From assembly GCA_033723415.1 (NCBI GenBank), contig JAWVXD010000007.1:47091-111090 (forward strand): a stretch of DNA of 64,000 nucleotides, given 5' to 3'. Below, piece after piece: positions 9,933 through 19,041 of this stretch. The DNA comes from Sulfurospirillaceae bacterium (GTDB taxonomy: Bacteria > Campylobacterota > Campylobacteria > Campylobacterales > Sulfurospirillaceae). Below the pieces are notes generated by a model. It did no database searches and was not told where the DNA came from. It worked only from the letters and a program-made list of their open reading frames with translations. The stretch's first letter is position 1, and each line of letters starts with the position of its first letter. The position numbers and the translations under genes are program-made.

Positions 9933-10792
9933 TAATTTTCCGATTCATTGGGAAGATCATAGATTATATACAAAATCATTTTAAAGCTATGATCTTTTTA
10001 CTTTTACTTTTCATAATATTTTCTCCTTTTGGTACAGAGGACTTACAAAAACCAAACCTTGAAGTCATAAAAATAGAGGGACAGATAGGGGATATTGATA
10101 AGATCATGGAGCAGATAAACGATGCTGCAAGCAATAAATCCATAAAAGGCGTTTTACTAAAAGTCAACTCCCCAGGCGGTGCACTGGCACCTTCTGTTGA
10201 ACTTTCTTTGGCCGTAAAAAGACTTGCATCCCTCAAGCCTGTAATCGCTTATGCTAGCGGTAACATGACAAGCGGAAGTTATTACGCTTCGATTTGGGCG
10301 AATAAGATCATAGCAAATCCAGGATCTTTTATAGGATCTATAGGGGTGTTATTTCAAGCTCCTAACATAGAAGAACTAGCACGTAAACTTGGAATTAAAG
10401 AGCAAGTCGTATCAGCAGGAGCTTACAAACAAATGGGAACTTTTACAAGAGAATGGACACCCAAAGAAAAAACTGCTATGAGAGAATTGGTAGATGATGC
10501 TTATAAAATGTTTATAAATGATGTCTCAAAAGCAAGGCACTTAGATCCTGCTAGTTATAAAACTTATGCGGATGCAAAAATTTTTATGGCAAGTAAAGCT
10601 CAAAAGTTAGGACTTATAGATGAAGTAGGCTCTTTGTTTAAAGCAAAAAGTGAACTTATAAGATTGTCACAAGTACAAAATCCTATCTGGAAAAGACCAT
10701 CTCGCAATATGGAAGAATTTTTAAACGAACTAAAAACAAACAGTTCTTTTTCGCTAATAAACTTAGGTAGTATGAGTGGAAAATTAAAGTGA
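9929..10792 (+). CDS. sppA: signal peptide peptidase SppA (S49, 36K type)
   Basis: N-terminal TM helix followed by S49 blocks LKVNSPGG and ASGNMTSGSYYAS. It overlaps both neighbours by 4 nt. Confidence 0.85.
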   Translation: MIIFRFIGKIIDYIQNHFKAMIFLLLLFIIFSPFGTEDLQKPNLEVIKIEGQIGDIDKIMEQINDAASNKSIKGVLLKVNSPGGALAPSVELSLAVKRLASLKPVIAYASGNMTSGSYYASIWANKIIANPGSFIGSIGVLFQAPNIEELARKLGIKEQVVSAGAYKQMGTFTREWTPKEKTAMRELVDDAYKMFINDVSKARHLDPASYKTYADAKIFMASKAQKLGLIDEVGSLFKAKSELIRLSQVQNPIWKRPSRNMEEFLNELKTNSSFSLINLGSMSGKLK

Positions 10793-11970
10793 GAAAATAT
10801 GCTTTTGCGATAATCGCAGGTATATTGGTTTTATTTGCAAGCCTCGGACTTGGAAGATTTGCCTTTGGAATGGTTTTACCAAGCATGCAAACGGATTTGG
10901 GTATCAACATAACTCAATCCGGTTTTATAGGGACCAGTAATTTTTTAGGCTATCTGGGAGGGCTTCTATTCTCAGGCGCTTTTTACAGTAAATTCGGCGC
11001 TCCAAAGCTTATAGTCAGATCTCTTTTGACTCAGGGTCTGTTTATGTTCCTTATGACTCTGGGATCAAGCTATATATCCGTCTCATTCTTCTATTTTTTT
11101 GCAGGATTTTTCGGAGCCCTTGCAAATATGTCTATCATGGCTTATATCACTCAAATAGTTCCAAAAGACATAAGAGGAAAAGCCGTAGGAATCCTTACTG
11201 TCGGCAATGGTTCCGCCATCGTCTTCAGCGGCTATATCGTACCTTATATGGAATCTATCTACAAAGCTGCTTCATGGAAAATAACCTGGGGAATATTTGC
11301 AGCGATCACTATGTTGATAGCTTTTATAATAAGCCCCGGACTCAAACATGACAATCCACATGCAAATGTAAAAGAGAGTGATAATGAACCATACTTTGAG
11401 ATCTTTAGAGATATAAGATTTATACGAATAAGCGGTATCTACTTTTGTTTTGGTATTACCTATGTGGTTTATGTAACATTTTTTGTACTGGCCAGTATGG
11501 ATAAATGGCATATTTCATCTAGTCTCTCAGCTCCATTTTGGATACTACTTGGTTTTCTAAGTATGTTCTCAGGAGCACTTTTCGGGATTTTAGCCGACAA
11601 GATCGGCAGATGGAAAACACTTAGCGTAGTATTTTTAATACAAAGTATATCCAATCTTATTATGGCATTGGATATGCCATCATCCTATCTTTGGGTTTCA
11701 GCATCTTTATTTGGGATTTCTGTTTGGGCAACTCCATCTATAATGGCTGTTTTGACTGCAGAGACTTTCGGTATGGAAAAAACTGCAAAAATCTTCAGTA
11801 AGATAACTATAATTTTTGCATTGGGTCAAATAATTGGTCCTGTGGGAGCAGGTTATCTAACGGACATAACAAAGAATTTTTCTTATGCCTTTGGTGTATC
11901 TTCTATTTTGACTTTTTTAGCTTTTATCGGTTCATCTTATATTATCTTGAAAAATGACCGATTAATTTAA
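10789..11970 (+). CDS. MFS transporter (YbfB/YjiJ-like)
   Basis: 393 aa with about 12 hydrophobic helices. GTG start, translationally coupled to sppA. Confidence 0.75.
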   Translation: MRKYAFAIIAGILVLFASLGLGRFAFGMVLPSMQTDLGINITQSGFIGTSNFLGYLGGLLFSGAFYSKFGAPKLIVRSLLTQGLFMFLMTLGSSYISVSFFYFFAGFFGALANMSIMAYITQIVPKDIRGKAVGILTVGNGSAIVFSGYIVPYMESIYKAASWKITWGIFAAITMLIAFIISPGLKHDNPHANVKESDNEPYFEIFRDIRFIRISGIYFCFGITYVVYVTFFVLASMDKWHISSSLSAPFWILLGFLSMFSGALFGILADKIGRWKTLSVVFLIQSISNLIMALDMPSSYLWVSASLFGISVWATPSIMAVLTAETFGMEKTAKIFSKITIIFALGQIIGPVGAGYLTDITKNFSYAFGVSSILTFLAFIGSSYIILKNDRLI

Positions 11971-12078
11971 TATATTTAGTTTTTATTAAGAATTTAATTA
12001 TTCTTTCAAGCATAATTACATATAATTGACAAAAAGCATCACTGCTATTTTTATCTAATTTCAAAAGGAAGTCTGATC

Positions 12079-13524
12079 ATGATCAAAAAGATTTTGATAG
12101 CCAATCGAGGCGAAATAGCTTTGCGAATAATTCGAGCGTGCAAAGAGTTGAATATAAAAACCGTTTCTATATTTTCTGAGGTTGATATACAAGGTGTATG
12201 GCTAAAAAAAGCTGATGAATGTTACCCGATATTGGGTGATCCGATACGCGCTTATCTTGATTATGAAAAAATAGTGTCATTAGCAAAAAAAGCAGATTGT
12301 GATGCTATTCATCCGGGATATGGCTTTTTATCTGAAAGTGCTGAATTTGCAGAATACTGTGAAAAAAACGGTATCACATTTATCGGTCCCAAAGCTGAAC
12401 ACATAGCTCTATTTGGAGATAAAATCGCCTCTAAACAGGCTATGAGAAGAGTAGGGATTCCTGTATTGCCAGGCACTGATGAGCCTATCAATGATGTCTC
12501 CAAAGCTATCAAAATTGCAGATGAGATAGGTTTTCCTGTTATCATAAAAGCAGCTTTCGGCGGTGGCGGCCGTGGAATGAGAATAGTTCATGAATCAAAA
12601 GATTTTAAAAAGCTATATGAGGCTGCTACAAATGAAGCAAAAAACTTCTTTGGTAAAGGCGATGTTTTTATAGAAAAATACCTTGAAAATCCAAGACATA
12701 TAGAAGTACAGATCATAGCTGACAGATATGGAAATGTCGTGCATTTGGGAGAGCGAGATTGCTCAATCCAGAGAAGACATCAAAAAGTCATAGAAGTGGC
12801 ACCGTCTCCAAGACTTGATGCAAATACCAGAAAAGAGATATACAGGGCTTCACAAAAAGCAATGTTTAGACTCGGATACGAGAATGTCGGAACACTGGAA
12901 TATTTAGTAGATAAAAATGATAATTTTTATTTTATAGAGATGAATACAAGAGTACAAGTCGAACATCCTATTACAGAAGCTATTAGCGGTATCGACATCG
13001 TACAGCGCATGATCGAGATTGCAGGTGGAGATAAATTAAGATTCTTGCAAGAAGAGATCACTTTTAGAGGATATGCGATAGAATTTAGGATTAATGCAGA
13101 AGATCCTCAAAAAGGCTTTGCTCCATCTCCTGGTCAGATCACTGAACATCTATCATCCGGTGGACCTGGAGTTAGACTTGATTCTATAGCCTACAAAGGG
13201 TATACAATCCCGCCTCATTATGACTCTATGATAACAAAATTAATCATCTGGAGTTTAGACTGGCAAGGTGCGGTAAATAAAGCAAGAAGAGCCTTGGACG
13301 GATTCATTGTAAGAGGCGTTGCAAGCAACATACCGCTTCATCGTCAAATAGTAAGAGATGAAGATTTTATAAACGGCATATTTGATACAGGATATCTTGA
13401 CAAAAAACTTCCGCATTTTAGTTTAGACGCTATAGATGATATGGAGCAAGAAACATTGAAGATGGAAGGTATCTCAAAGATGATCGAGAGCATCAAGAAA
13501 AATAATCTAACGGTAAGACAATAA
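12079..13524 (+). CDS. biotin carboxylase (AccC, or pyruvate carboxylase subunit A type)
   Basis: ATP-grasp motifs GGGGRGMR and EMNTRVQVEHPITE. The 481 aa length fits the longer PycA-type better than the roughly 445-455 aa AccC, as far as I recall. No BCCP or carboxyltransferase gene is adjacent. Confidence 0.85.
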   Translation: MIKKILIANRGEIALRIIRACKELNIKTVSIFSEVDIQGVWLKKADECYPILGDPIRAYLDYEKIVSLAKKADCDAIHPGYGFLSESAEFAEYCEKNGITFIGPKAEHIALFGDKIASKQAMRRVGIPVLPGTDEPINDVSKAIKIADEIGFPVIIKAAFGGGGRGMRIVHESKDFKKLYEAATNEAKNFFGKGDVFIEKYLENPRHIEVQIIADRYGNVVHLGERDCSIQRRHQKVIEVAPSPRLDANTRKEIYRASQKAMFRLGYENVGTLEYLVDKNDNFYFIEMNTRVQVEHPITEAISGIDIVQRMIEIAGGDKLRFLQEEITFRGYAIEFRINAEDPQKGFAPSPGQITEHLSSGGPGVRLDSIAYKGYTIPPHYDSMITKLIIWSLDWQGAVNKARRALDGFIVRGVASNIPLHRQIVRDEDFINGIFDTGYLDKKLPHFSLDAIDDMEQETLKMEGISKMIESIKKNNLTVRQ

Positions 13525-13537
13525 TATAGAGTATCCC

Positions 13538-13580
13538 TGATAGAGATGTAATGATTTGATCATCTCTATCAAACTTTTTT
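13538..13580 (+). terminator. hairpin plus T-run after the biotin carboxylase gene
   Basis: An 11-bp perfect stem (TGATAGAGATG / CATCTCTATCA) with a 12-nt loop, followed by AAACTTTTTT. The right arm overlaps the stop codon of the convergent xseA. Confidence 0.5.
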
Positions 13581-14834
13581 AGTACTTAAAACTTGTGATT
13601 CTATCACTATATGTTTTGTCTGCAATTCAAAAATATCATCTTTTTTCAAAACTTCTGCCTTTATAGTTTTACCATTTTTAACGACTTGTGCAAATGTTTC
13701 ATTTAATCCAAGTGTCGGATCTTTTGATAAGAAAGCATTTTTTAAATTATTCAATAATTGCTCATATTTTGTAATATTTTGTTTATATGCAAACGATATA
13801 TTTTCACTTAAAACAGTACTTTTTCTCTGTTTGTCTTCAATAATTTGAAATACTTTTGAAACCAGTCTATCTTTTAATATTTTTATCTCACTATCCATGA
13901 TATGAATTTTCTGTTCAAAAGAGTATCTTTTAAATTCATTTTTTAGACTCAATAGTTCCATGCTTTTTTGATGAATCAAACGTCTAAATATAGTATTAAA
14001 TTGATCTGTTGTTCCATCTATGCCCATCATGATCTCTACACGATCCGGTAAGATCATCTCCATAGCAGCCGATGGAGTTGGAGCCCTTAGATCTGCGACA
14101 AAATCACTGATAACAAAATCTATCTCATGTCCAACAGCGGAGACAATAGGCGTGTTAGCCTTATAGATAGCATTTGCAACTATTTCTTCGTTAAACCCCC
14201 AAAGATCCTCTATACTTCCTCCTCCTCTTGAAACAACTATGACATCGACACCTAGAGAATCGGCAATAGCGATATTTTTTGCTATGTTGGGTGCAGAATT
14301 TTCACCCTGAACTACAGTATCTATGATCTTTATCTTCACTAGCGGCCATCTTTTTTGTGCTACTCTAAGCATATCTTGGAGGGCAGCACCCGTACCTGAT
14401 GTAACTAGAGCTATAGTTTTTATATATCTTGGTATCTGCTTTTTATTTTCTGGATTAAAATAGCCTAGGTCTTTTAATTTAGTTTTTAGTTGTTCGTATG
14501 CTTTTGCCAAAGCTCCGCTGCCGCTTGGTTCCATGCTGATACAATTTAACTGATAACTTCCTCTGGGAACAAATACTGAAACTGATCCGTGGATTATGAC
14601 ATTCATCCCCTCTTCTAGACGAAATTTCATCTTGGAATTATTGCCCTTAAACATCACGCATGAGATGGTAGATTTTTCATCTTTTAGTGAGAAATAAAGA
14701 TGTCCTGAACTGTGATAAGTGAATCTAGAAACCTCTCCTTCTACACACACATGTATAAAAGTACTCTCAAGAAGAGACTTTATTTGAGTATTTAGACTAC
14801 TGACACTTTGAGTTTGACTAGAGGCATCATTCAT
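13569..14834 (-). CDS. xseA: exodeoxyribonuclease VII large subunit
   Basis: N-terminal OB-fold (VEGEVSRFTYHSSGHLYFSLKD) and catalytic block RGGGSIEDLWGFNEE. 421 aa. Confidence 0.92.
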   Translation of the reverse strand: MNDASSQTQSVSSLNTQIKSLLESTFIHVCVEGEVSRFTYHSSGHLYFSLKDEKSTISCVMFKGNNSKMKFRLEEGMNVIIHGSVSVFVPRGSYQLNCISMEPSGSGALAKAYEQLKTKLKDLGYFNPENKKQIPRYIKTIALVTSGTGAALQDMLRVAQKRWPLVKIKIIDTVVQGENSAPNIAKNIAIADSLGVDVIVVSRGGGSIEDLWGFNEEIVANAIYKANTPIVSAVGHEIDFVISDFVADLRAPTPSAAMEMILPDRVEIMMGIDGTTDQFNTIFRRLIHQKSMELLSLKNEFKRYSFEQKIHIMDSEIKILKDRLVSKVFQIIEDKQRKSTVLSENISFAYKQNITKYEQLLNNLKNAFLSKDPTLGLNETFAQVVKNGKTIKAEVLKKDDIFELQTKHIVIESQVLSTKKV

Positions 14835-15562
14835 CTTTTTTTGGCTATCACTAAAGTTGAAATATCCATAGAAAAGCTTTTAGAGAATTCCGTCTCAAAA
14901 CCTGCAGTATCTAGTTCTTTTTGAAGCATAGTAGAAGTTAAAAAACCTTCAATGGAATTTGGCAGATATTCGTAAGCTTCTTTATTTTTAGAGATAAAAG
15001 CTCCGATCTTAGGTAACACTTTATTGAGATAAAAATCTTTTATAGCAAATAGAGAACCTTTTTTGTCATCTTTTGTAAACTCTAAAATTACAACATATCC
15101 ACCGGGTTTTACGACTCTGGCAAACTCTCTAAATGCTTCTTCTCTCTTGACTACATTTCTGATACCGTAACTGATACTCAAGATATCCGCACTCTCATTT
15201 TCCAAAGGCAGATTGGTGGCTTCACTGATAACAAATTCGAATTCCGGAAATTTTTCTTTACCGACTTGCGTCATACCTCTTGATGGGTCAACTCCTAGTA
15301 TCTTTCCTACTTGAATGCCGGAGCTTTGAGCTCTTTTCTTCCAATATCCCATCATATCACCGGTTCCACAGGCAACATCAACTATCAAATCTATAGGTTT
15401 TTTATATCTTGCAAATGTTTCATCACAAGCTTTTTTTCTCCATTGTATGTCTATACCCATGCTCAAAACACGATTCGCTTTATCATAAGTCGGTGCAATA
15501 TCATCGAACATTTTAACTATTTTTTCTTGTTTATCTGTCTCGCCCAAAATAATCCCCTGCAT
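14831..15562 (-). CDS. ubiE: demethylmenaquinone / ubiquinone C-methyltransferase UbiE/MenG
   Basis: Conserved blocks MFDDIAPTYDKAN and SAM motif I DVACGTGD. The true start may be the in-frame TTG at 15547 (AGGGGA 5 nt upstream), because a -10 box lies only 13 nt from the ATG at 15562. Confidence 0.88.
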   Translation of the reverse strand: MQGIILGETDKQEKIVKMFDDIAPTYDKANRVLSMGIDIQWRKKACDETFARYKKPIDLIVDVACGTGDMMGYWKKRAQSSGIQVGKILGVDPSRGMTQVGKEKFPEFEFVISEATNLPLENESADILSISYGIRNVVKREEAFREFARVVKPGGYVVILEFTKDDKKGSLFAIKDFYLNKVLPKIGAFISKNKEAYEYLPNSIEGFLTSTMLQKELDTAGFETEFSKSFSMDISTLVIAKKR

Positions 15563-15575
15563 TTCATTTCAGTAA

Positions 15576-15584
15576 ATTATACCA
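15576..15584 (-). promoter_or_regulatory. extended -10 box TGGTATAAT for ubiE-xseA
   Basis: An exact TGnTATAAT on the minus strand, directly upstream of ubiE. Confidence 0.4.
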
Positions 15585-15598
15585 AATTAAAAATTTTC

Positions 15599-15607
15599 TG
15601 CTATTAT
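15599..15607 (+). promoter_or_regulatory. extended -10-like box TGCTATTAT for the DUF309 gene
   Basis: Lies 27 nt upstream of the TTG start at 15635. One mismatch to the TATAAT hexamer. Confidence 0.25.
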
Positions 15608-15634
15608 ACCCTACAATTTTAATTAGGGGAAATT

Positions 15635-15949
15635 TTGAAAGATATCGAAATATTTTTAGAGGTTATCTCTAAAGATGAATTTGTAGAAGGACATGAGGTT
15701 TTAGAAGACAAATGGAGAAAATTAAAAAAAAATCCACAAACGCTTGAAGAGAGCAAGATACTAAAAGGATTGATAAACGCTTCTACTGCTTTAGCATTAA
15801 AAGTTATGGGAAAAGACAAAGGGGCACAAACAGTTTGGAGTACTTTTGAGAAATACAGACCGCTTATAAAATCACAATCTTGTGAAGATAGCAAATATTA
15901 CAAGGAAGCAGAAAAAGCTCTAGACGACAAATACAAACAATATATGTAA
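15635..15949 (+). CDS. DUF309-like small helical protein
   Basis: 104 aa. The H..LE..W and LQGLI-like pattern (GHEVLEDKWRKL...ILKGLINASTALALK) resembles DUF309. TTG start after GGGGA. Confidence 0.5.
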   Translation: MKDIEIFLEVISKDEFVEGHEVLEDKWRKLKKNPQTLEESKILKGLINASTALALKVMGKDKGAQTVWSTFEKYRPLIKSQSCEDSKYYKEAEKALDDKYKQYM

Positions 15950-15997
15950 TATCCAATGTCGACTTTTAAATCAAGTCTGCCTTGGACACTGATGAAG

Positions 15998-16858
15998 TTA
16001 TTTGCACAATTCAAAGGTATTTGTCCCTTTTTTATCCAAATCACTTAAAATATTTTTCCAGTATCGCTTCCAACAGCAATGATGATTAAATTTTTTATAT
16101 ATCTTATAACGTATGTTGCGTTTATCTTCAAATCTCTTGCAATATGATTTAAGTACCGAAAAACCTACAATCGTATCATCCTCTCCGACCAAATGAATTT
16201 GCTTTATTTTTTTTAATTTTTGTGAAAAGTCTGCAGGATTGAGAGACCCGCTCAAAGGCGATATATAGTGTTCTTTTGTCCAATACGCAGTATCAAGATT
16301 TCCACCAATAGTCACAAGTCTTGATATATCATCCCTTCTAGCCGCTAAAAGTGCAGCAATAGCCCCTCCTCCCGAATAACCAAAAAGTTTAAACGATGAA
16401 GCCCCTGATCTCTTTTTAATTTCATCCAATACTTGATTAAAGCTTTCTATCACATTTTCAGAAAAGCGACGGTTTGTCCAGATAGATTGCACACAAGATG
16501 AGTTTCTAACATATTGACATGGACGGGCCAGATATACTTTGCATTGATTTGTATCTTGTAAGAAAAGTTTTAATCCTAATGGATCTATGGGAGTTGGATC
16601 TTGTGAGATCGTATCGATCGTAATCCAAGGCAGACCATCACCTTCTATGTAAATAGATACAAAACTGTTCTCGCACTGTGAAAGATTGCTATGAACGCTA
16701 TACAGATCAAACTTTTTTGCGCTCAATACTTCACTTTGCACATCATGATGATCGATGAGCTTTTTTAGCGTAGTAAATCTCTGAGCAGGAGTGGGCACGA
16801 TATATCCGCACCCGCTTATAAGAATTATGACAAATAAAAGCAAAATCTTTTTATACAT
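15998..16858 (-). CDS. Cys-rich alpha/beta-hydrolase lipoprotein
   Basis: I place the start at the ATG at 16858: MYKKILLLFVIILISGCGY, a signal peptide plus lipobox ISGC. The track start at 16948 would run into the upstream autotransporter. The nucleophile elbow GYSGGG is present, with later GEDD and NHH candidate triad residues and about 10 additional cysteines. Confidence 0.7.
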   Translation of the reverse strand: MYKKILLLFVIILISGCGYIVPTPAQRFTTLKKLIDHHDVQSEVLSAKKFDLYSVHSNLSQCENSFVSIYIEGDGLPWITIDTISQDPTPIDPLGLKLFLQDTNQCKVYLARPCQYVRNSSCVQSIWTNRRFSENVIESFNQVLDEIKKRSGASSFKLFGYSGGGAIAALLAARRDDISRLVTIGGNLDTAYWTKEHYISPLSGSLNPADFSQKLKKIKQIHLVGEDDTIVGFSVLKSYCKRFEDKRNIRYKIYKKFNHHCCWKRYWKNILSDLDKKGTNTFELCK

Positions 16859-16865
16859 ATAAGGT

Positions 16866-18911
16866 TTAAAACTTCCATTTGAACTTAGCAGAAACAGCAT
16901 GATTGATATAATCGTTTCCTCTTCCGCTAAGGTTGTATTTGACATCAAGTACCAAAGATTTCTTTAACTGCTTGGATATTCCAAAACCAACCTCATAGCC
17001 AAAGGCACTGTTTTTTATACCGAGTGTCGTAAAAGGTATATCTGGTGAATCTTGGAATGAAGCATTGATTGTTTGTGCATCACTATTAAAATCATACATC
17101 AATCCGATGTGTGTGAAAAATTTCGTATTTTTGTCAATCTTATACTTTAAATCCGTCAATACTCCGAGCAATGCTTGTTCTGTATTGGAGCTATTGACAT
17201 TTAGATTGTAAGCCCCGGCTCCAACTTCTGAGTATGACGGTGTTTTAAAATATCTGTATACTCCCTGAATAGCGGGGATCATCGTTAGTTTATTATTGAT
17301 CTTATAATCCTTGGTAGCTTTGGCTTGGATAAAGAAGCTACTAGAAGTATAATCTGCTTTTGCCGCTTGTCCTACTGTATTGACATATCTCGATGAGTCA
17401 TTATTTTGCCATCCAAATCCTGCTTGATAATATAAAATACTTTTGTCATCTATGATAGGTTGACTGCCATAAGCAATAAATGTAAATGCACTTATCGTAT
17501 TATTTTGAATAAGATCGTTAACGTTTACATCAGTATTTGAGAAAAAGAATGCCATCCCTGCTCGTTTACCTGGCTCGTATTCTCCATCGGAACCGAAAGC
17601 AAAACCGTATGTTGTAGCATCAAAACCATTTTTACCGCCTTTATTGTTCTGCTTGCTATATGCACCAAATGGTTTCACCCATACATACTTATCGCTAAAG
17701 ATGATATCACCCGAACCCAAGCCTCTCATAGTGCCTTGTCTGTTTTGTACTATTGAGCTGAAACTATCGAGTATTTCAAGGTTTACCATAGAGGTCGATG
17801 TTGCGACCGTAGGAGAATTAGCCGGGGCAATGTTCGTGTCTTTTACTGCCAATAAGCTCAAGCTTGTATTTGTATCATTCAAATATGCTTCAAATTTCAA
17901 GATTGGTGAATTATCGGTTATATTAAGTTTTGTAACATTAGCATCAATATTCCCGGAGTTTATGACATTATTTAGTGTTCCATTGTTGTCTAAGAAGAAT
18001 TTTTCTGCATTATTACCTATAATATTGACATTGATTGTACTTTTATCAGCTAATGATGCGGATGTCGCGGCGTTTATCGTGGGGTTTGTAGCAGAGGTTC
18101 CATCTGCAGATATCGATGCATCTATACTCAACATGCCGCTTGTACTTTGAATAAACTTATCGATTTGTGACGCTACTGCGCCTTTGTGCAGATAAATCTT
18201 TCCTGAATTTATAAAAGGTATATTTCTTACTGTGATTGTAGAGGTATTGATAGTACCGGTATTGAGAACGAGACCATCAGATCCACTCACATTTAAAGCG
18301 GTATCAGCTGTTATGGTACCGGAATTGGTAATGGTACCATAATTATCCCCTATAGACATCCCAGTACCAAAGGGATTGTTTGTGGCATTGATAGTGCCGG
18401 AATTGGTAATATTGCTGTCATTAATCCCTATAAGAATCCCAATACCAGCGTAATTGTTTGTGGTGGCATTGATAATACCGGAGTTGGTAATGGCACTATC
18501 ATTTCCATAAATTACACTTACCTCAATTCCAACACCAAATAAATTGTTTGTGGCATTGATAGTGCCGGAATTGGTAATGGGTTTATCGGTGGTGGCGCTT
18601 AGGTGAATTCCGTATACCTCGTTATTGACTGCTCCGGTTATAGAAAGAACTCCTTCATTCAAAATTGTATTATGCACAATTTGCCCACCGCTGATTTTAA
18701 TAAGCGCTGTATTTGAAGTATCCCCCGAAACAGTGATACTCCCGGATGAAGTAATATGTACAGTATCCATACAACTTAGAGAAATACTTTGAGTTGTATC
18801 GCCACTAATCACATAATCCGTACTGGTACAAATCCCTTGAGCACTACGAGAACTACTCACTATCATTGATACCGCTAAACAACCCAGTAATATTTTATTT
18901 CTTCTTTTCAC
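16866..18911 (-). CDS. autotransporter (type Va) outer membrane protein, paralog 1
   Basis: 681 aa, GTG start, signal peptide MKRRNKILLGCLAVSMIVSS. The passenger domain contains ITNSGTINA repeats. The C-terminal roughly 280 aa is a beta-barrel with alternating aromatic/hydrophilic strands ending ...AKFKWKF. Confidence 0.85.
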   Translation of the reverse strand: MKRRNKILLGCLAVSMIVSSSRSAQGICTSTDYVISGDTTQSISLSCMDTVHITSSGSITVSGDTSNTALIKISGGQIVHNTILNEGVLSITGAVNNEVYGIHLSATTDKPITNSGTINATNNLFGVGIEVSVIYGNDSAITNSGIINATTNNYAGIGILIGINDSNITNSGTINATNNPFGTGMSIGDNYGTITNSGTITADTALNVSGSDGLVLNTGTINTSTITVRNIPFINSGKIYLHKGAVASQIDKFIQSTSGMLSIDASISADGTSATNPTINAATSASLADKSTINVNIIGNNAEKFFLDNNGTLNNVINSGNIDANVTKLNITDNSPILKFEAYLNDTNTSLSLLAVKDTNIAPANSPTVATSTSMVNLEILDSFSSIVQNRQGTMRGLGSGDIIFSDKYVWVKPFGAYSKQNNKGGKNGFDATTYGFAFGSDGEYEPGKRAGMAFFFSNTDVNVNDLIQNNTISAFTFIAYGSQPIIDDKSILYYQAGFGWQNNDSSRYVNTVGQAAKADYTSSSFFIQAKATKDYKINNKLTMIPAIQGVYRYFKTPSYSEVGAGAYNLNVNSSNTEQALLGVLTDLKYKIDKNTKFFTHIGLMYDFNSDAQTINASFQDSPDIPFTTLGIKNSAFGYEVGFGISKQLKKSLVLDVKYNLSGRGNDYINHAVSAKFKWKF
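18246..18581 (-). repeat. in-frame coding repeats (26-29 aa units starting ITNSG) in the passenger of autotransporter 1
   Basis: ITNSG recurs at residues 112, 141, 168 and 194. An exact 36-nt direct repeat (ATTGTTTGTGGCATTGATAGTGCCGGAATTGGTAAT on the plus strand) occurs at 18375-18410 and 18543-18578. Confidence 0.85.
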
Positions 18912-18967
18912 GACTCTTTCCTTTATTATAAGTCATAATAACATGCATATGCTCAGCACTTTCTATC

Positions 18968-19035
18968 ATGAAGATGGGCACGATATATTCGTGCCCGCTT
19001 ATAGCCTGCTAAAAAAGGTATACGTCTTTGTACAT
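18968..19035 (-). pseudogene. remnant of the 5' end of the lipoprotein-hydrolase gene (duplication scar) downstream of autotransporter 2
   Basis: TGGGCACGATATATTCGTGCCCGCTTATA (18975-19003) matches TGGGCACGATATATCCGCACCCGCTTATA (16792-16820, the lipobox region of the intact gene) at 26 of 29 positions. An ATG remnant at 19033-19035 sits at the same offset from the autotransporter stop codon. The frame is broken: MYKDVYLF then stop. Confidence 0.6.
18976..18996. repeat. perfect hairpin GGGCACGA-TATAT-TCGTGCCC inside the scar
   Basis: 8-bp GC-rich stem with a 5-nt loop, read directly from the sequence. The homologous stretch in the intact gene has three stem mismatches. Confidence 0.8.
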
Positions 19036-19041
19036 ACTCAT

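Noticed and set aside
15952-15986. An interrupted hairpin (TCCAA..GACTT / AAGTC..TTGGA) between the convergent DUF309 and lipoprotein genes.
   Set aside because: Two internal mismatches and one G-U pair weaken the stem, and there is no flanking T-run on either strand. It may act as a weak terminator, but support is insufficient to list it as a feature.
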